From Antedon mediterranea (taxonomy: Eukaryota > Animalia > Echinodermata), in assembly GCF_964355755.1 (NCBI RefSeq), contig NC_092672.1, forward strand, positions 25,426,437 to 25,490,436: a stretch of DNA of 64,000 nt. Direction: 5' to 3'. The notes beneath the pieces were generated by a model that did not search any database, was not told the DNA's origin, and saw only the letters and a program-made list of their open reading frames with translations. Below, one piece after another: positions 39,250 to 51,700 of the stretch (positions are counted from its first letter, which is position 1; the number at the start of each line of letters is the position of its first letter). The translations under genes were made by a program, and so were the position numbers.

Positions 39250-39745
39250 TGCAAATGTGGCATGTCCTTTTTTGTCTTCTATTTGTTTAAAAAAATAAAA
39301 GTTTAGGAAAATTAGTAAACATTATTATTTTTATAAATTATTAGTCAAATTGTTTTAAACCGATAGTGGTAAACTTTCTAGTGCAGCTGGACCAAGAGTT
39401 ATGCATTTCGTTAATATTAGTACGGTAGGTCTACATGAATTCAAACCTATTTATTTCGTTTCAACTCAATTTTTCTCAACCCTTGTTTTCGTACAAGGGT
39501 ATTTATGATTTAAAATGTTTGAATAATAATTAATATTTTACGATCCTACAGCTTTTCAGACTCAACTGGTTAACTTTAAGTTACAATTATTTGAAATATG
39601 CAAATGATGGTATGTCTTTTTTTGCCTTTTATTTGTTTTAAAATATTAATCTTGTAGTTTAAATACATTGAATTAAAAATTAATTTCAAAAAGATATTCT
39701 ACCAGCTTTCTAATTACTGTGGTTTCTCTGCATCACGCATAAATC
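39250..39745. repeat. Deleted/rearranged terminal satellite unit
   Basis: Continues the unit split by the Helitron; has internal deletions and shuffled blocks. Confidence 0.88.
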
Positions 39746-39877
39746 ATCTGATAGGAATCTTGATAATAATTTTGAAAGAAAAGGGTCGCCCGCTTAAATA
39801 ACAAATATTTATTTTATTATCGTACTACATACTATTCTATGTATTTATCACAAAGATAGATAGATGAATATAAAAAG

Positions 39878-40050
39878 ATATATATATATATATATATATA
39901 TATGGCTCTGTTTAGGTGCGCCATATTATATAATAATTTGGACAGAGCCATTATATAATAATTTGGACAGAGCCATTATATAATAATTTGGACAGAGCCA
40001 TTACATAATAATTTGGACAGAGCCATTATATAATAATTAGGTGCAGAGCC
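39878..40050. repeat. (TA)n + TGGCTCTG followed by 25-bp tandem repeat CAGAGCCATTATATAATAATTTGGA (~5 copies)
   Basis: Read directly; the unit starts with the MITE terminus CAGAGCCAT. Confidence 0.9.
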
Positions 40051-40087
40051 ATAATTACAGAGCCATATATATGGCTCTGCATAATTA
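40050..40087. mobile_element. 22-bp perfect palindrome insertion with 8-bp TSD
   Basis: CATAATTA [CAGAGCCATATATATGGCTCTG] CATAATTA. Confidence 0.8.
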
Positions 40088-40095
40088 TAGGTAAA

Positions 40096-41997
40096 CTAGA
40101 TGGTACGCTCGCTTCGCTCGCGTAGGGCCTACCTTCTAGGTCGTTCCCACAGATGGTTCTCGAATACACAGTAATTTCAGAGTAGCAAAACTGGCGATTT
40201 CAAATTTTCGTACCGCAGGACTATAATGTACATTTTCGTTTACAGAAACGATAAATAGACACGATGATTTGTAGTCAACTAAAATTAGCACCCTGGGAAT
40301 TACTTCCGAAGGAAAAACTTATCACAAAATGAGTCCAAATTTTTTATTTGGCCTAGCTCATTTAAAGAAACCCAATTTGTGTTTTCTATGTAACCAGGGA
40401 GATGTAACATTAGGGTTGAGGGATGGGAAAGCGGATAGGTGCAAAGAGGAACAATTTTTAAATATATTCTTTATCCACTTAGTAACTAAATATTTTTTTC
40501 ATGTTTTATAGGCCTATAAATAATATACCTCTAAATACAGTAAAACATTTGCGATTTCATACTTTGTTAAAACTGTCACTGTCATAATCGATAGAAATAT
40601 TAAAGTCACGATACACCACTACGACGTTTATATTTTTGGTAATTATTAATTAATACAAACGTTGAGAAGGAACTGTCAGTATAAAGTTCATTTGTATATA
40701 ATAATGTGTATATCTAACAGTAGAGCCTATCCACAATCTCAGTAATAAAGTTTATTTGTATAGGCCTATTTTTTATATTAACTCTAACAGTACGAACATT
40801 CACAGTAAGAAATGTTCGATTCAAATGAGGACCAAAAATAAATAGGTATTTACAGTATTGTTCAAGTTTATTCTCAAAGGGCCCATCCATATATTTTCTA
40901 TTTGGCCTAGCTCATTTTTAAAGAAACCCAATTTGTGTTTTCTATGTAACCAGGGAGATGTAACATTAGGGTTGAGGGATGGGAAAGCGGATAGGTGCAA
41001 AGAGGAACAATTTTTAAATATATTCTTTATCCACTTAGTAACTAAATATTTTTTTCATGTTTTATACGCTTATAAATAATATACCTCTAAATACAGTAAA
41101 ACATTTGCGATTTAATACTTTGTTAAAACTGTCACTGTCTTAATCGATAGAAATATTAAAGTCACGATACGACACCACTACGACGTTTATATTTTTTGGT
41201 AATTATTAATTAATACAAACGTTGAGAAGGAACTGTCAGTATAAAGTTCATTTGTATATAATAATGTGTTTATAAATCTAACAGTAGAGCCTATCCACAA
41301 TCTCAGTAATAAAGTTTATTTGTATAGGCCTATATTTTTATATTAACTCTAACAGTACGAACATTCACAGTAAGAAATGTTCGATTCAAATATGAGGACC
41401 AAATATAAATAGGTATTTACAGTATTGTTCAAGTTTATTCTCAAAGGGCCCATCCATATATTTACCTACCGTATGTGTTAAACCAAGGGCTCAAAATGTA
41501 CCTACTTGTGTTAAACCAAACTCTGGCAGACTGAGAGATAGGGATGTTCCATTCATTGCAAATCAATACATTTGTATAATCGTATATTAAATCTATCAAA
41601 ATATTTTTAAAGAAAATCGGCCTGTCTTCAACATTATGATGCTGTACTCTAGCTGTTCAACCGGTTTTAAGCTATTAAAACAATTATCGTAGGAGGAAAT
41701 AGGAAAATGGGAAGCCTCCTCGCATTTTTGTGGCGGGTATTTTTCAAGATGTACATCTATTAGATAGTGTATACCACGATCGCAAAATCACCCCTATTGG
41801 GGCAAATCGTTGAACCTAAATTCGTTTTAATCGTCAATAACTAATTATCTAACTTAATTTAATTAGTAAACAGGGTTACATCAGGTGGTTAAAATATGTA
41901 CCGAAAGTACGAACCAACTTTTAAATATACCATCGAGTAAAAATTCTAGAAGTAAGGCGCGATTTACCGAATTTTGCCCTTACGTAAATTTATAATA
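40096..41997 (-). mobile_element. Non-autonomous Helitron, copy 1 of a tandem pair, with internal ~550-bp duplication
   Basis: CTAG + CGCTCGCTTCGCTCGCG end at 40096; homologous along its length to 41998-43290. Internal direct repeat ~40345-40895 / ~40896-41460. Confidence 0.85.
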
Positions 41998-43290
41998 CTA
42001 GATGGCACGCTCGCTTCGCTCGCGTACCATCTAGGTCGTGCCCACAGATGGTTCTCGAATACACAGTATTTTCCAGCGAGAAAAAAATGGAGATTTTAAA
42101 TGTACGTACTGCAGGACCATAATACATTGTCGTTTACAGAAACGAATAAATACGATGATTTATGTAGTCAGCTAAAATTAGCACCCTGGGAATTACTTCC
42201 GAGAGAGAAACAAAATGAGTCAAATTTTTTTATTTGGACTCATTTAAACAAACCCAATTTGTGTTTTGTATGTAACAGTAAGGGTCGAGGGATGGGGGAA
42301 GAAGATAGGTACAAAGAGGAAACATTTTAAAATATATTCTTATCCACTCAGTAACGAAATATTGTTTTTAATGTTTTATAGGCCTATAAATAATATACCA
42401 CTAAATACAGTAAAACATTTACGATTTAATACTTTGTTAAAACTCTCACTGTCATAGTCGATTGAAATAGTAAAGTACATGTAACGATACACCACTACGT
42501 ACGTTTATATATTTTTAAATTATTAATTAATACAAACGAATTGAGAAGCAACTGTCAGTAATAACGTTTATTTATTTGTATATCATATGTTTATAATCTA
42601 ACAGTAGGGCCTACCCACATTCACAGTAATAAAGTTTATTTGTATATTTGTTTATATTATATCTAACAGTACCAACGCTCACAGTAAGAAATTTGCGATT
42701 CAAATTGCGATCAAAAGTGGTTAATACCTTAACAGTATTGTACAGCATTGCAATACTATTTATGTTTTTTCTCCAAGGGGGCCCATAAATCTAAATCTAT
42801 ACCTCTATGGTTAAACCAAATAATTTTGAATGTTCCATTCATCACAAATCAATACATTTGTAAAAACGTATATTACATGTATCAAAATAGCATTTTTTTA
42901 AGAAAATCGGCCTGTCTTCAACATTATGACGCTGTACTCGAACTGTTCAACCGGTTTTCAGCTATTAAAAACAATTATCGTAGGAGGAGATAGGAAAATG
43001 CGAAGTGTCCTTGTATTATTGTGTGCGGGTATTTTTCAAATTGACAGCCATTAGACAGTGTATACCACGATCGGAAAACACCCCTATTTGGGGCAAATCG
43101 TTGAACCTAAATTCGTTTTAATCGTCAATAACTAATTATCGAACTCAATTTAATTAGTAAACAGGGTTACATCAGGTGGTCAAAAAATAAGTACCGAAAG
43201 TACGAACCAACTTTATATACCATCGAGTAAACATTCTAGAAATAACGCACGATTTACCGATTTTTGCCCTTACGTAAATTTATATATAGA
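41998..43290 (-). mobile_element. Non-autonomous Helitron, copy 2 of a tandem pair
   Basis: Minus strand 5' TCTATATATAAA (43290). 3' hairpin CTAGATGG...CCATCTAG around GCTCGCTTCGCTCGC, terminal CTAG at 41998-42001. Confidence 0.88.
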
Positions 43291-43534
43291 TAGATGCGCC
43301 CTCTCTTAATTTATTCAAAATCATAAAGTCAACCGTGCGTGTCATGTCAACAGAGTAATAACGTCATTTTTGAAAACAAATTACGATGCTTGAGAAAGGT
43401 GTACCTATATTTTTGTTAATTGTTTATTAAATTTTGCAAATATAAAGGGATCATCCATGTAAAGTATCCGTAAAATATATTAGGCTAGATAAAAAAATAA
43501 CTGTTCATTCACCTAACCCTTAAAATCAGTTTTT

Positions 43535-43850
43535 AGGCATAGTAGGCCTAGGCCTAGGCCTAGCTAGGGTAGGCCTAGCCTCTAGGCCTAGCCCTTAGTA
43601 GTAGCCCAACCTACTCTAATTGTTTAGACTAGCTAGCCTAGGCCTAGGCCTAGCCTAGGGGATACTTGATAGATAGAGGGTGTTAGGCTAGCTATATAGG
43701 TTCTATGCTGAATCCTCTATGCCGATAGGCCGCCGTAATTCGGTGCTAGGCCTAGCTAGGGCCTATATTTGGTCTAGGCCTAGCCTAGGCCAGACCTAAA
43801 AATAATATAGGCCTAGGCATACTCGGATCTCCACATACTCTAGCCTAGTT
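43535..43850. repeat. TAGGCC/CTAG low-complexity tract
   Basis: Dense TAGGCCTAGGCCTAGC repeats. Confidence 0.85.
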
Positions 43851-43862
43851 GGTAGAATTAAA

Positions 43863-44258
43863 GGCGTTAGGCTAGTTCCGTTTCGCACCTGTCACTTATT
43901 TCGACTCAAAATTTGTTTAGTAACTTTATCGCGAGTACCACACCTTAGAATTATAGGCCTCAAAATACTTTTACGAAGGAGATACACAAAAGTAACAAAT
44001 AAATCCTTTAAATTGATGAATTTACAGACGTGTTTCTCGTACATCGGTTCGTGAATTTCGCGTTCAATGTTGTTGTTTCAATGGAGCGCCAAAAGAGCAA
44101 TCATAATCGTAAATTCATCAATTTAAAGTGATTTATTCGTTACTTTTTGTGTGATCTCCTATTTTTTAGGCCTAATTCTAAGGTGTGGTACTCACAATAA
44201 AGTTACTTAACAAATTTTGAGTCGAAATAAGTGACAGGTGCGAAACGGAACTAGCGCC
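43863..44258. mobile_element. Fold-back MITE with ~160-bp TIRs and 8-bp TSD (Merlin- or MULE-like)
   Basis: GAATTAAA[GGCG..GCTAGTTCCGTTTCGCACCTGTCACTTATTTCGACTC...GAGTCGAAATAAGTGACAGGTGCGAAACGGAACTAGCGCC]GAATTAAA. Confidence 0.85.
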
Positions 44259-44719
44259 GAATTAAATTAAAAAAATAATAAAGTTAATTTAATATTTTAA
44301 TAGCCTAGATAAAATTTACTTTATTTTGTTTATTAATTAAGTAATTTTCAACTTTTGTGTTTGTTAAATTGTCATTAGTCTCCAAATAATAAAATAAATA
44401 GGAAGGGTGCGTTTATGTTACGGTAGCATATTAATGATTATTAATGTATTGCGAAAGTCATGTAAATATTTGCCCGGTATTAAATCAAATATCATCAAGT
44501 ACATGCTAACATAGGCTTAATATTATAATTATTGTGATATTTAATTATTGTACGTTTTAAAATCAAAATAGTAATACTGATTTAGTTGGGGAGCCAGAAA
44601 GCGTTTATATTTGTATTTGATCTAATGTAATAAAAAAACTGTCTATAAATTTATTTAGGTCAATAAAAATATTTCTTTTAATTTTTTTGGACAAAAATTG
44701 AATTGAAATATTTATTTAA

Positions 44720-44966
44720 AGACTGGTTTCCAAGAGGGCCCAGTTATGATCAGTGGCTGTAATGTACTTATGCACTGGGGTAACCCCCTACTCGTCTCGA
44801 AATATGTACTTTGGTTCTTTAAAGTGCACATGAGCTGGATGTGTACACTGGACCTACGGTTTTTAGTCCTTATCGGAGAAGACTCATTCTACCACCAGAA
44901 CCATGGAGTGAGTGAGCCTCAAACTCCTGTCGATGTTATGGCTACGTATCCGCTCGGCCACTCATT
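44720..44966 (-). mobile_element. tRNA-headed SINE with Deu/Nin-like conserved domain
   Basis: Minus strand: A box TGGCCGAGCGG, then CCGATAAGGACTAAAAACCGTAGGTCC...CACTTTAAAGAACC...TTCGAGACGAGTAGGGGGTTACCCCAGTG, which resembles the Deu/Nin core as recalled. Confidence 0.72.
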
Positions 44967-45647
44967 CAAAAAAGTTCATTAGATCAAATATAAATATATA
45001 GGCCTTGAGCAATTTGCATTAAAACTAAACCTGTAACACCAGCCATTACGAAGATATAGGCTATAATATTTTGGCTGCCATCTTGTAAAGGCCCATAAAA
45101 GACCCCCCCCCCCCCCCCTCACTCATCACAGATTGGGCAACAAGGTTTTTCTGCTTTATTTTGACCCACTAAAGATATTTACAAGTTTCACACGGAATAC
45201 CTCTTTAAACCTGACTAGTAGAAGTAGTACAAATCAGTATATTTGAAGAGTAACATTATACTGTATGAACAAACAAAAAACAACTTTTTAATGTAAACTT
45301 TCATTCGTTTTTCAAGAATGTATATTTAGTTCTATCTGCTGAGAGTGAGTCCTGATGATCAGAGAGTTTTAACGCATTGCATTGGAATGTTGACTTTTAA
45401 CGCCACAGATTACCGTATAACAGACCAAAAACCATGAGTGTGAACATCCTTAATGTCCCCAATCGAAAACGCCAATTATTGCATTTTATAGCAAATGTCG
45501 GGTCATACTAATGTACGATCGATAGGGCCTGGTAGGCTTTTATATAAATGTTATCAAGTACTGTAGTGATGGCATTGTATTTAATGTTAATTGTAATATT
45601 TATTCATTACTATTTTTTTCTTTTCTTACAGGTAGTATTTAAAAAGA

Positions 45648-45741
45648 ATGGAATCAAGAAACACTTCAGCAGAGAGCAACAATTACCATAGTTACTACGG
45701 AAGAGATCAGCGAAATGGAATAAAGCAGATAAATGGAAGAG
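45648..45741 (+). CDS. CCDC62: CCDC62-like coding exon 1
   Basis: Acceptor at 45630-31, ATG 45648, MESRNTS...NGR, phase-1 donor. Confidence 0.7.
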
Positions 45742-48700
45742 GTATTAACAATAACACTTAATGTAGATTTTTTTAAATTTATTGTAAAGGTGCCCTTATA
45801 TCGACATGGAACTTAACACATCTGTGTCGATATATGCGATCCAAGCAACTGAACTCAACTGACTGTTGACATAAGCTTAGTTGCTTTCAGTTGCCCATGT
45901 TCTATTTTTGCCGGAATAAGGGGCCCTCTTTTCTTTCTTAGGCCCATATCGTCCCACTGCTGGGCCAAGGCCTCTTCCAAATCTTGGCCATGCTGTGATA
46001 CCGGTCTGAGCACATCTCTCCATCTCGAATAAGACTAATAACTGAAAGATGCCCAACCCGATTGCATTCTTCTTTTGACTTCTTGTGTTTGGTCACCATC
46101 AGGATGTATTCCTGACCCAGGTAGATGTGTTTTGAAACTTCTTCGAACTTTTCACTTCCTATCTTTATTTCCATTTGGTTGGTATATCTATTAAACATGG
46201 CTTTTGTTTTCGACATGTTCATTTTCATACCCACTTTTCTACTCTCTGTGTTAAGAACATCTCAGCCAACAACTCCTCCATCTCCTCCATCTCAGTAGCT
46301 GTATTTGAAATGATAACAATATCGTCAGCAAAGCAAAGGTGACTAAGGTTGCTTCCATTTATGTTTATACCTTTATTTTCCCATTCCACATTTTTGAAGA
46401 TTTCCTCTAGAGCTGCTGCGAATAGTTTGGGTGATTTGGTGTCACCTTGATGCACTCCCCTTCTGATGAAAATGGTTTTACTGTCTTGGTGAAGTTGTAT
46501 AATTGCTGTGGCATCGGTATAGATTTCTTTGATAATTTTGATGTATTAAGGTTCTATGCCTCGGATTACTGCATTTGTTTATATTGAATCTAAAGCTTTC
46601 TCATGGTCTACGAAGGCTAGGCATAAAGGTAGTTGGTATTCCCTAGACTTTTCTAAATGCTTACCAATTCAGCTTAAATGTTTAAAGTATTATATTAACA
46701 TAGCCCTAGGCCTCGATGCAAGGGATTATATTCTTTTCAAATTTTCTGTAGGAGAAGTGACACATATTTTCTACAGTTCTGTTGGTGTACATTTAATATA
46801 TTCATTTTCTTATTTATTGATTTTATAGATGTGAGTGTCCAACAACCATACCACAGTACACCCAATGCCAAAGTGATTGACTATTCTTCTAGCTCTCTTG
46901 GTAGCACAACACATCCACCATTTGATCTTCCTCCCTCTCCACTTTTAAAACGAAGTGGATCAAGTCCTGGTGCTGGTAGAACTAGCTCATCTCGAAATCA
47001 TACTTCTTCATCATCAAGAGTTTATAAATCACCATCCAAACAGGTAAGTTACAGATACCACAGGTTCACCCATTTACCGTATTGGTTCTAATAGCATTTT
47101 TTCAAAAGGAAGGCATTAGAAGTGAATTTCAACACCCAAAATTGGCTGAACATGCTGCTTTAAAATAGTTATAAAGTTCTTTATTTGTTGAGGAACAAGT
47201 AAATGTGCAAGCTATCTCTAGGCCTGATCCTGTTTGCTTGTTATTTAAACAGCAATACGTCCATTGTGCTGGAAAATTAAGTGAAATATCTTCGAGTACT
47301 TTTTGAGGTAACCAATTAATCAGTGGGCTTCTTGTCAAAAAAAATAGGGAATTGTTCTCCAAAATATCTAGGTGTAGACCGTTTTCTGTAAGGAAATAAA
47401 TTATTCAATATCATTGTACTGGTGTGTACTTAATGGACACATTAGCCCGCGCAACGGACTATACCATTTTCGGAACTTTGGTTTTTACACCTCAAGTTGT
47501 GTACGTACGCGATGGTGGTCATTATACGTACACAAGGTATAACTGTTGAACAATTTGATTAGTTGGTGTAATTTATCGTAGAATAACAGATTTAAAAGTA
47601 AATTAACAACTTCGTAGGTGATTTAAATGCGTGGAAGATTTATCACGCAAGTATACATATGGAGGATGTATCACGCAAGTATACAATGTACCTACGAAAA
47701 GCTTGTTTATCAACATTTCTAGCTGTACGGTGCTCGAAACAGCAGTCAAGCGTGTGCCTAATCAGCAATCTTTCCCGGGACAAGTGAATTTTATTTTATT
47801 ATATTGATAAACTGTGTTAAGTCTGGCTGTGCTACTGTATGAAAAATAATAGTAAAAAAAAGGAACACACGGTACACTATAACAAAGCAAAAAGATATTA
47901 AATGCTCAATACAATAAATACCTTTTTTAAATAGAATTATGTGTCGGACATTGAAATGAGCACCGTTCAGAAACAGAGGAAGGAGTTGCAGCTGATGATA
48001 AGCGAGTTGCAGGACCGTGACCGAGAGCTAAACGAAATGGTTGCTTCTCATCAAAAACAGTTAAAGGCTTGGGAACATGACAGACAGAAAGTACTGGCTT
48101 TGGAGCAGAAATGCAATAGGTTTGAAGGTACAAAACGCTTCGAATTTAACGTTACAAATCTTTTGATTTTCTTTTACTTCTAATGCATGCAGCAGATTAT
48201 AAAATTGTTGACAGGTTATAGCTTTTAGGAATACGCTTTTCACTTCGGTGTCTGTCACACACATACTATTTATTACGAAAGATATACCTGATCACCTTTC
48301 TGACATACAGACCTCCCAACTCTCCTAATAATGGCGGGAGTCTGTAGATATTTTGAGTCATCTCCTACTCTCCTGATATTTTGGATAAACCCAAAAAATC
48401 TTCTGATATATATTCAATTATAATTTCTATTACTCCAGATATTGAGAATAGAAAACACACTAATATCGGTCCGTATAATGTTTTTTAATCCATTTATGCG
48501 TTGTTTAATTTGAATTAATGAGTTGCCAACTCCTTTTTTCGCCTTTGGCCCGCATTATAGATGTCAATATATTTAGGTTTTTCATAGCACCCTCTATGGT
48601 TGATGTCAGAGCCATATATAGAGAGAGTTACGGCATTGCGTTCACGGATTTTAGAAAGTCACGTGGTGTGCATGCCGGCCATGTTTGTGTCCAACTATGC

Positions 48701-51700
48701 CTATGTAGCGTATGGAGTCGAGTCATTTGCTTAAAAAATGTATAACATTCACAAGGCTTTAAATACCGAATTTAATATCAAAACAATCAATTTGTTTAAA
48801 GGTTTTTGTTAAGATAATAACGAAATCATAAATTTACTGCGAACATGATTTTAAACAACAAAATGTAAAAACAATGCATTACTATAGAGAATCGCTGTAC
48901 AAACTAAACGCACACGCGTAGAGCGTGCATGGGGCACACAACCAGAACCGTTCCGAAATTGCTATTTTTGTTGTTTAAAATCATGTTCGCAGTAACTTTA
49001 TAATTTTTTTATTATTTTAACAAAAACCTTTAAACAAATTGATTGTTTTGATATTAAATTCGATAATTAAAGCCTTTTGAACGTTATACATTTTCAAAAC
49101 AAAAGACTCAACTCCATACGCTACATAGGAATAGTTGGACACAAACACGGCTTCTAATCCATTCGAAGTCGTAACTCTCTCTATATATGGCTCTGGTTGG
49201 TGTAGCAATATAGCACCCTCTATAGTTTAATAAACCCTCCAGATATTTCATTTTCCAAGTTGGGAGGTCTGAACATTAATAATTTTGCTATTTCCATTTT
49301 TTCGGAGCACCTTTAAGGTTTACAATTGTCAACAAAGTAGTAAGTTTCTTCTATTATAATTTTTCATTTAGGAGAATTACGGGATAAAAATGAACATCTC
49401 AAGGGCTTAACAACTCGACTTAAAGTGCTGGAAACTCAAGACCACTCCAAGACATGTGCTCTGGAAACAACTCAGAAACAGCTGGAGCAGATGTCCGAGA
49501 AGGCTAGTAGTACATCTATGACTGTACAAGATTTAGAGGTAAAGATTAAATTGAATATGTGACATAATGTGAAAATACATGCACATCAAATCTCATGGAC
49601 TTGGTATGAGTTTCACCCATTTTTGCCAAAGCACTTACGTCACACACCTAAAATATTACGTTTTTTCCCCAATTTCTTGAAAACTCAAAAACAAAATTCT
49701 GTTTTCATGCCTAGAATTACTAATCTGAGGTCCCAACAAAACGTAAATTTAGATCTAGTTGACTGGTGCGTTTCGTTCCATTTTAGGCCGGGTTGGCGAG
49801 GAAGGGGTTGGGGTATGTTTATCATTAGGAAATAACAAGACATCAGCAACTCTAAATTTACATGTATAAAAGTAACATCAACTAGTCACAAGCCTGACTC
49901 ATGCTGAGATTATAATGTTACATACAGTACATTCCTTAAAATTAATAAAAGATTTAATATTTTGATACAATTTTCTATAATCAGGATAAAAACAATGATT
50001 TGTATGAAGCAGTCCAAGATTTTTCTGCAAGGATTGGACAACTTGAAGCCAAAGAAGAGGAACTGACAACAATAATAAAACTCAAAGTATGTGATTTACA
50101 GTATTTGTACTGTAATAAGCATTCCTGTTGAAAATATGTCATTGCTAAATAAGCTCTCTAAACCGAACTTGCAAACTATTACATAAGCATTTGCGATATG
50201 CTGAAATGACAGGCATTTTTTACAAGCAGGTACTATAGTATACTAAATATTTCACTCCAGTCAATAAATATTTAAATATTTTATAATTTCCCTTAAGTGG
50301 TACAGTACTGTAAATTTCTAGACTTGTTAATACAGATTATCAGTAAACAATTAATAGATGCGAAGCCAAATAACCTTAAGAAAGCTTTAAGCCTGGTTTC
50401 ACCAGAATTATGTGTTAATGGTGAATTCAGCCACTGCCCCAACCCACCTCTTAATTTTAGAAACACCTATTTAGTTGAATGAAATACTAACATTTTAATT
50501 TAAACGCTTAACTGAATGGCTTAAATGATTTTGAATAACGTATTCATATTTGATTAAAAGTCATTGTATTCCCTCCCTAAGGGTGCACTGACTGTCACTC
50601 AGTCCATGCTGCTACACCGCTTCCTCCATCATGTTCCTCTAAACCGATTTTCATGCTTTGTCGACCTTCCATGTCATCTTTGGCCATATTCTCTTGCTCT
50701 TCTACTATCTGCTTCTAGATGTCATGCTCTCTTTCTTGTTCATCTTTTCTGAGAACATTTCCCATCCATCTCAACCTCCTCCTCATAACGACTTCCACAA
50801 AAGTTTTACTGAGACAGAGGCGTCATTCTATGAGGTATTTTGTGTTTTATTATGATCTGTGTTATCAATCTAGGACAAAGATCTTATTGAAGTCTCCACT
50901 CATTTGAATGATCTAACAGGCAAACTGAAGAAATTAGATGCAGCATACAAGGTAGGTTAACATATACTAATAATGTTTATAAGTTGCCAATGAAGAAAAT
51001 ATTTTGAGTTGTAAGATTTGTTTTATTCAATGAATATTATACGGCAAGGATACACTCAGGTATATAATAATATATGTGTTGTCCGTCGTTACTGACAATG
51101 ACGTTGCATGTATGATTCATTGATAAACTGATTCAGAGACTGATTCACATAGATGACTGAAAATAGATCACTGGAAGTCAAGTGACTGTTGGTGGTAAGG
51201 ATGCTGCTTGTCGTCGTTTCCTATCCGCTTCAAGGTGTTTTGATTTTCCTGGTACCCACAAAACGCAGCTCAACGCAAAAAGATCCGACATTATCACCCA
51301 TATCGTTTTTATCTAATTACATACGTTTCGTCAGCTTTATTTTGGCATGTTGTTGCTGCATGATTTTCGACTTTGACTTATACGATATAAATCACTAAAG
51401 AAGGTGTGTGTCTGGACCTTAAATGACATACCGTATATTTCGGTGTATAAGTCGCACTTTTGACACGCAAATTTGACCTCTAAATTAAGGGTGCGTCTTA
51501 TACACCGAACATAAAAACCTCACCACACAGAGTGTAAATATCGTCACCTACAGTGTACTAACGTAACGGCAACCTGCTTCTGCCTAGTTTTCAAGGCATT
51601 TTAGCGTGATGTTATACTAAATATGATGAAAAGATTTGTTTATTATGGAGCTGTTTTAGGCGCTCCGATAAAATTTCATTTGTAAACGTTTACGGTTGGA

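Noticed and set aside
39920-40050. CRISPR-like short repeat array
   Set aside because: The 25-bp units are contiguous with no unique spacers, the context is eukaryotic, and there are no cas genes.
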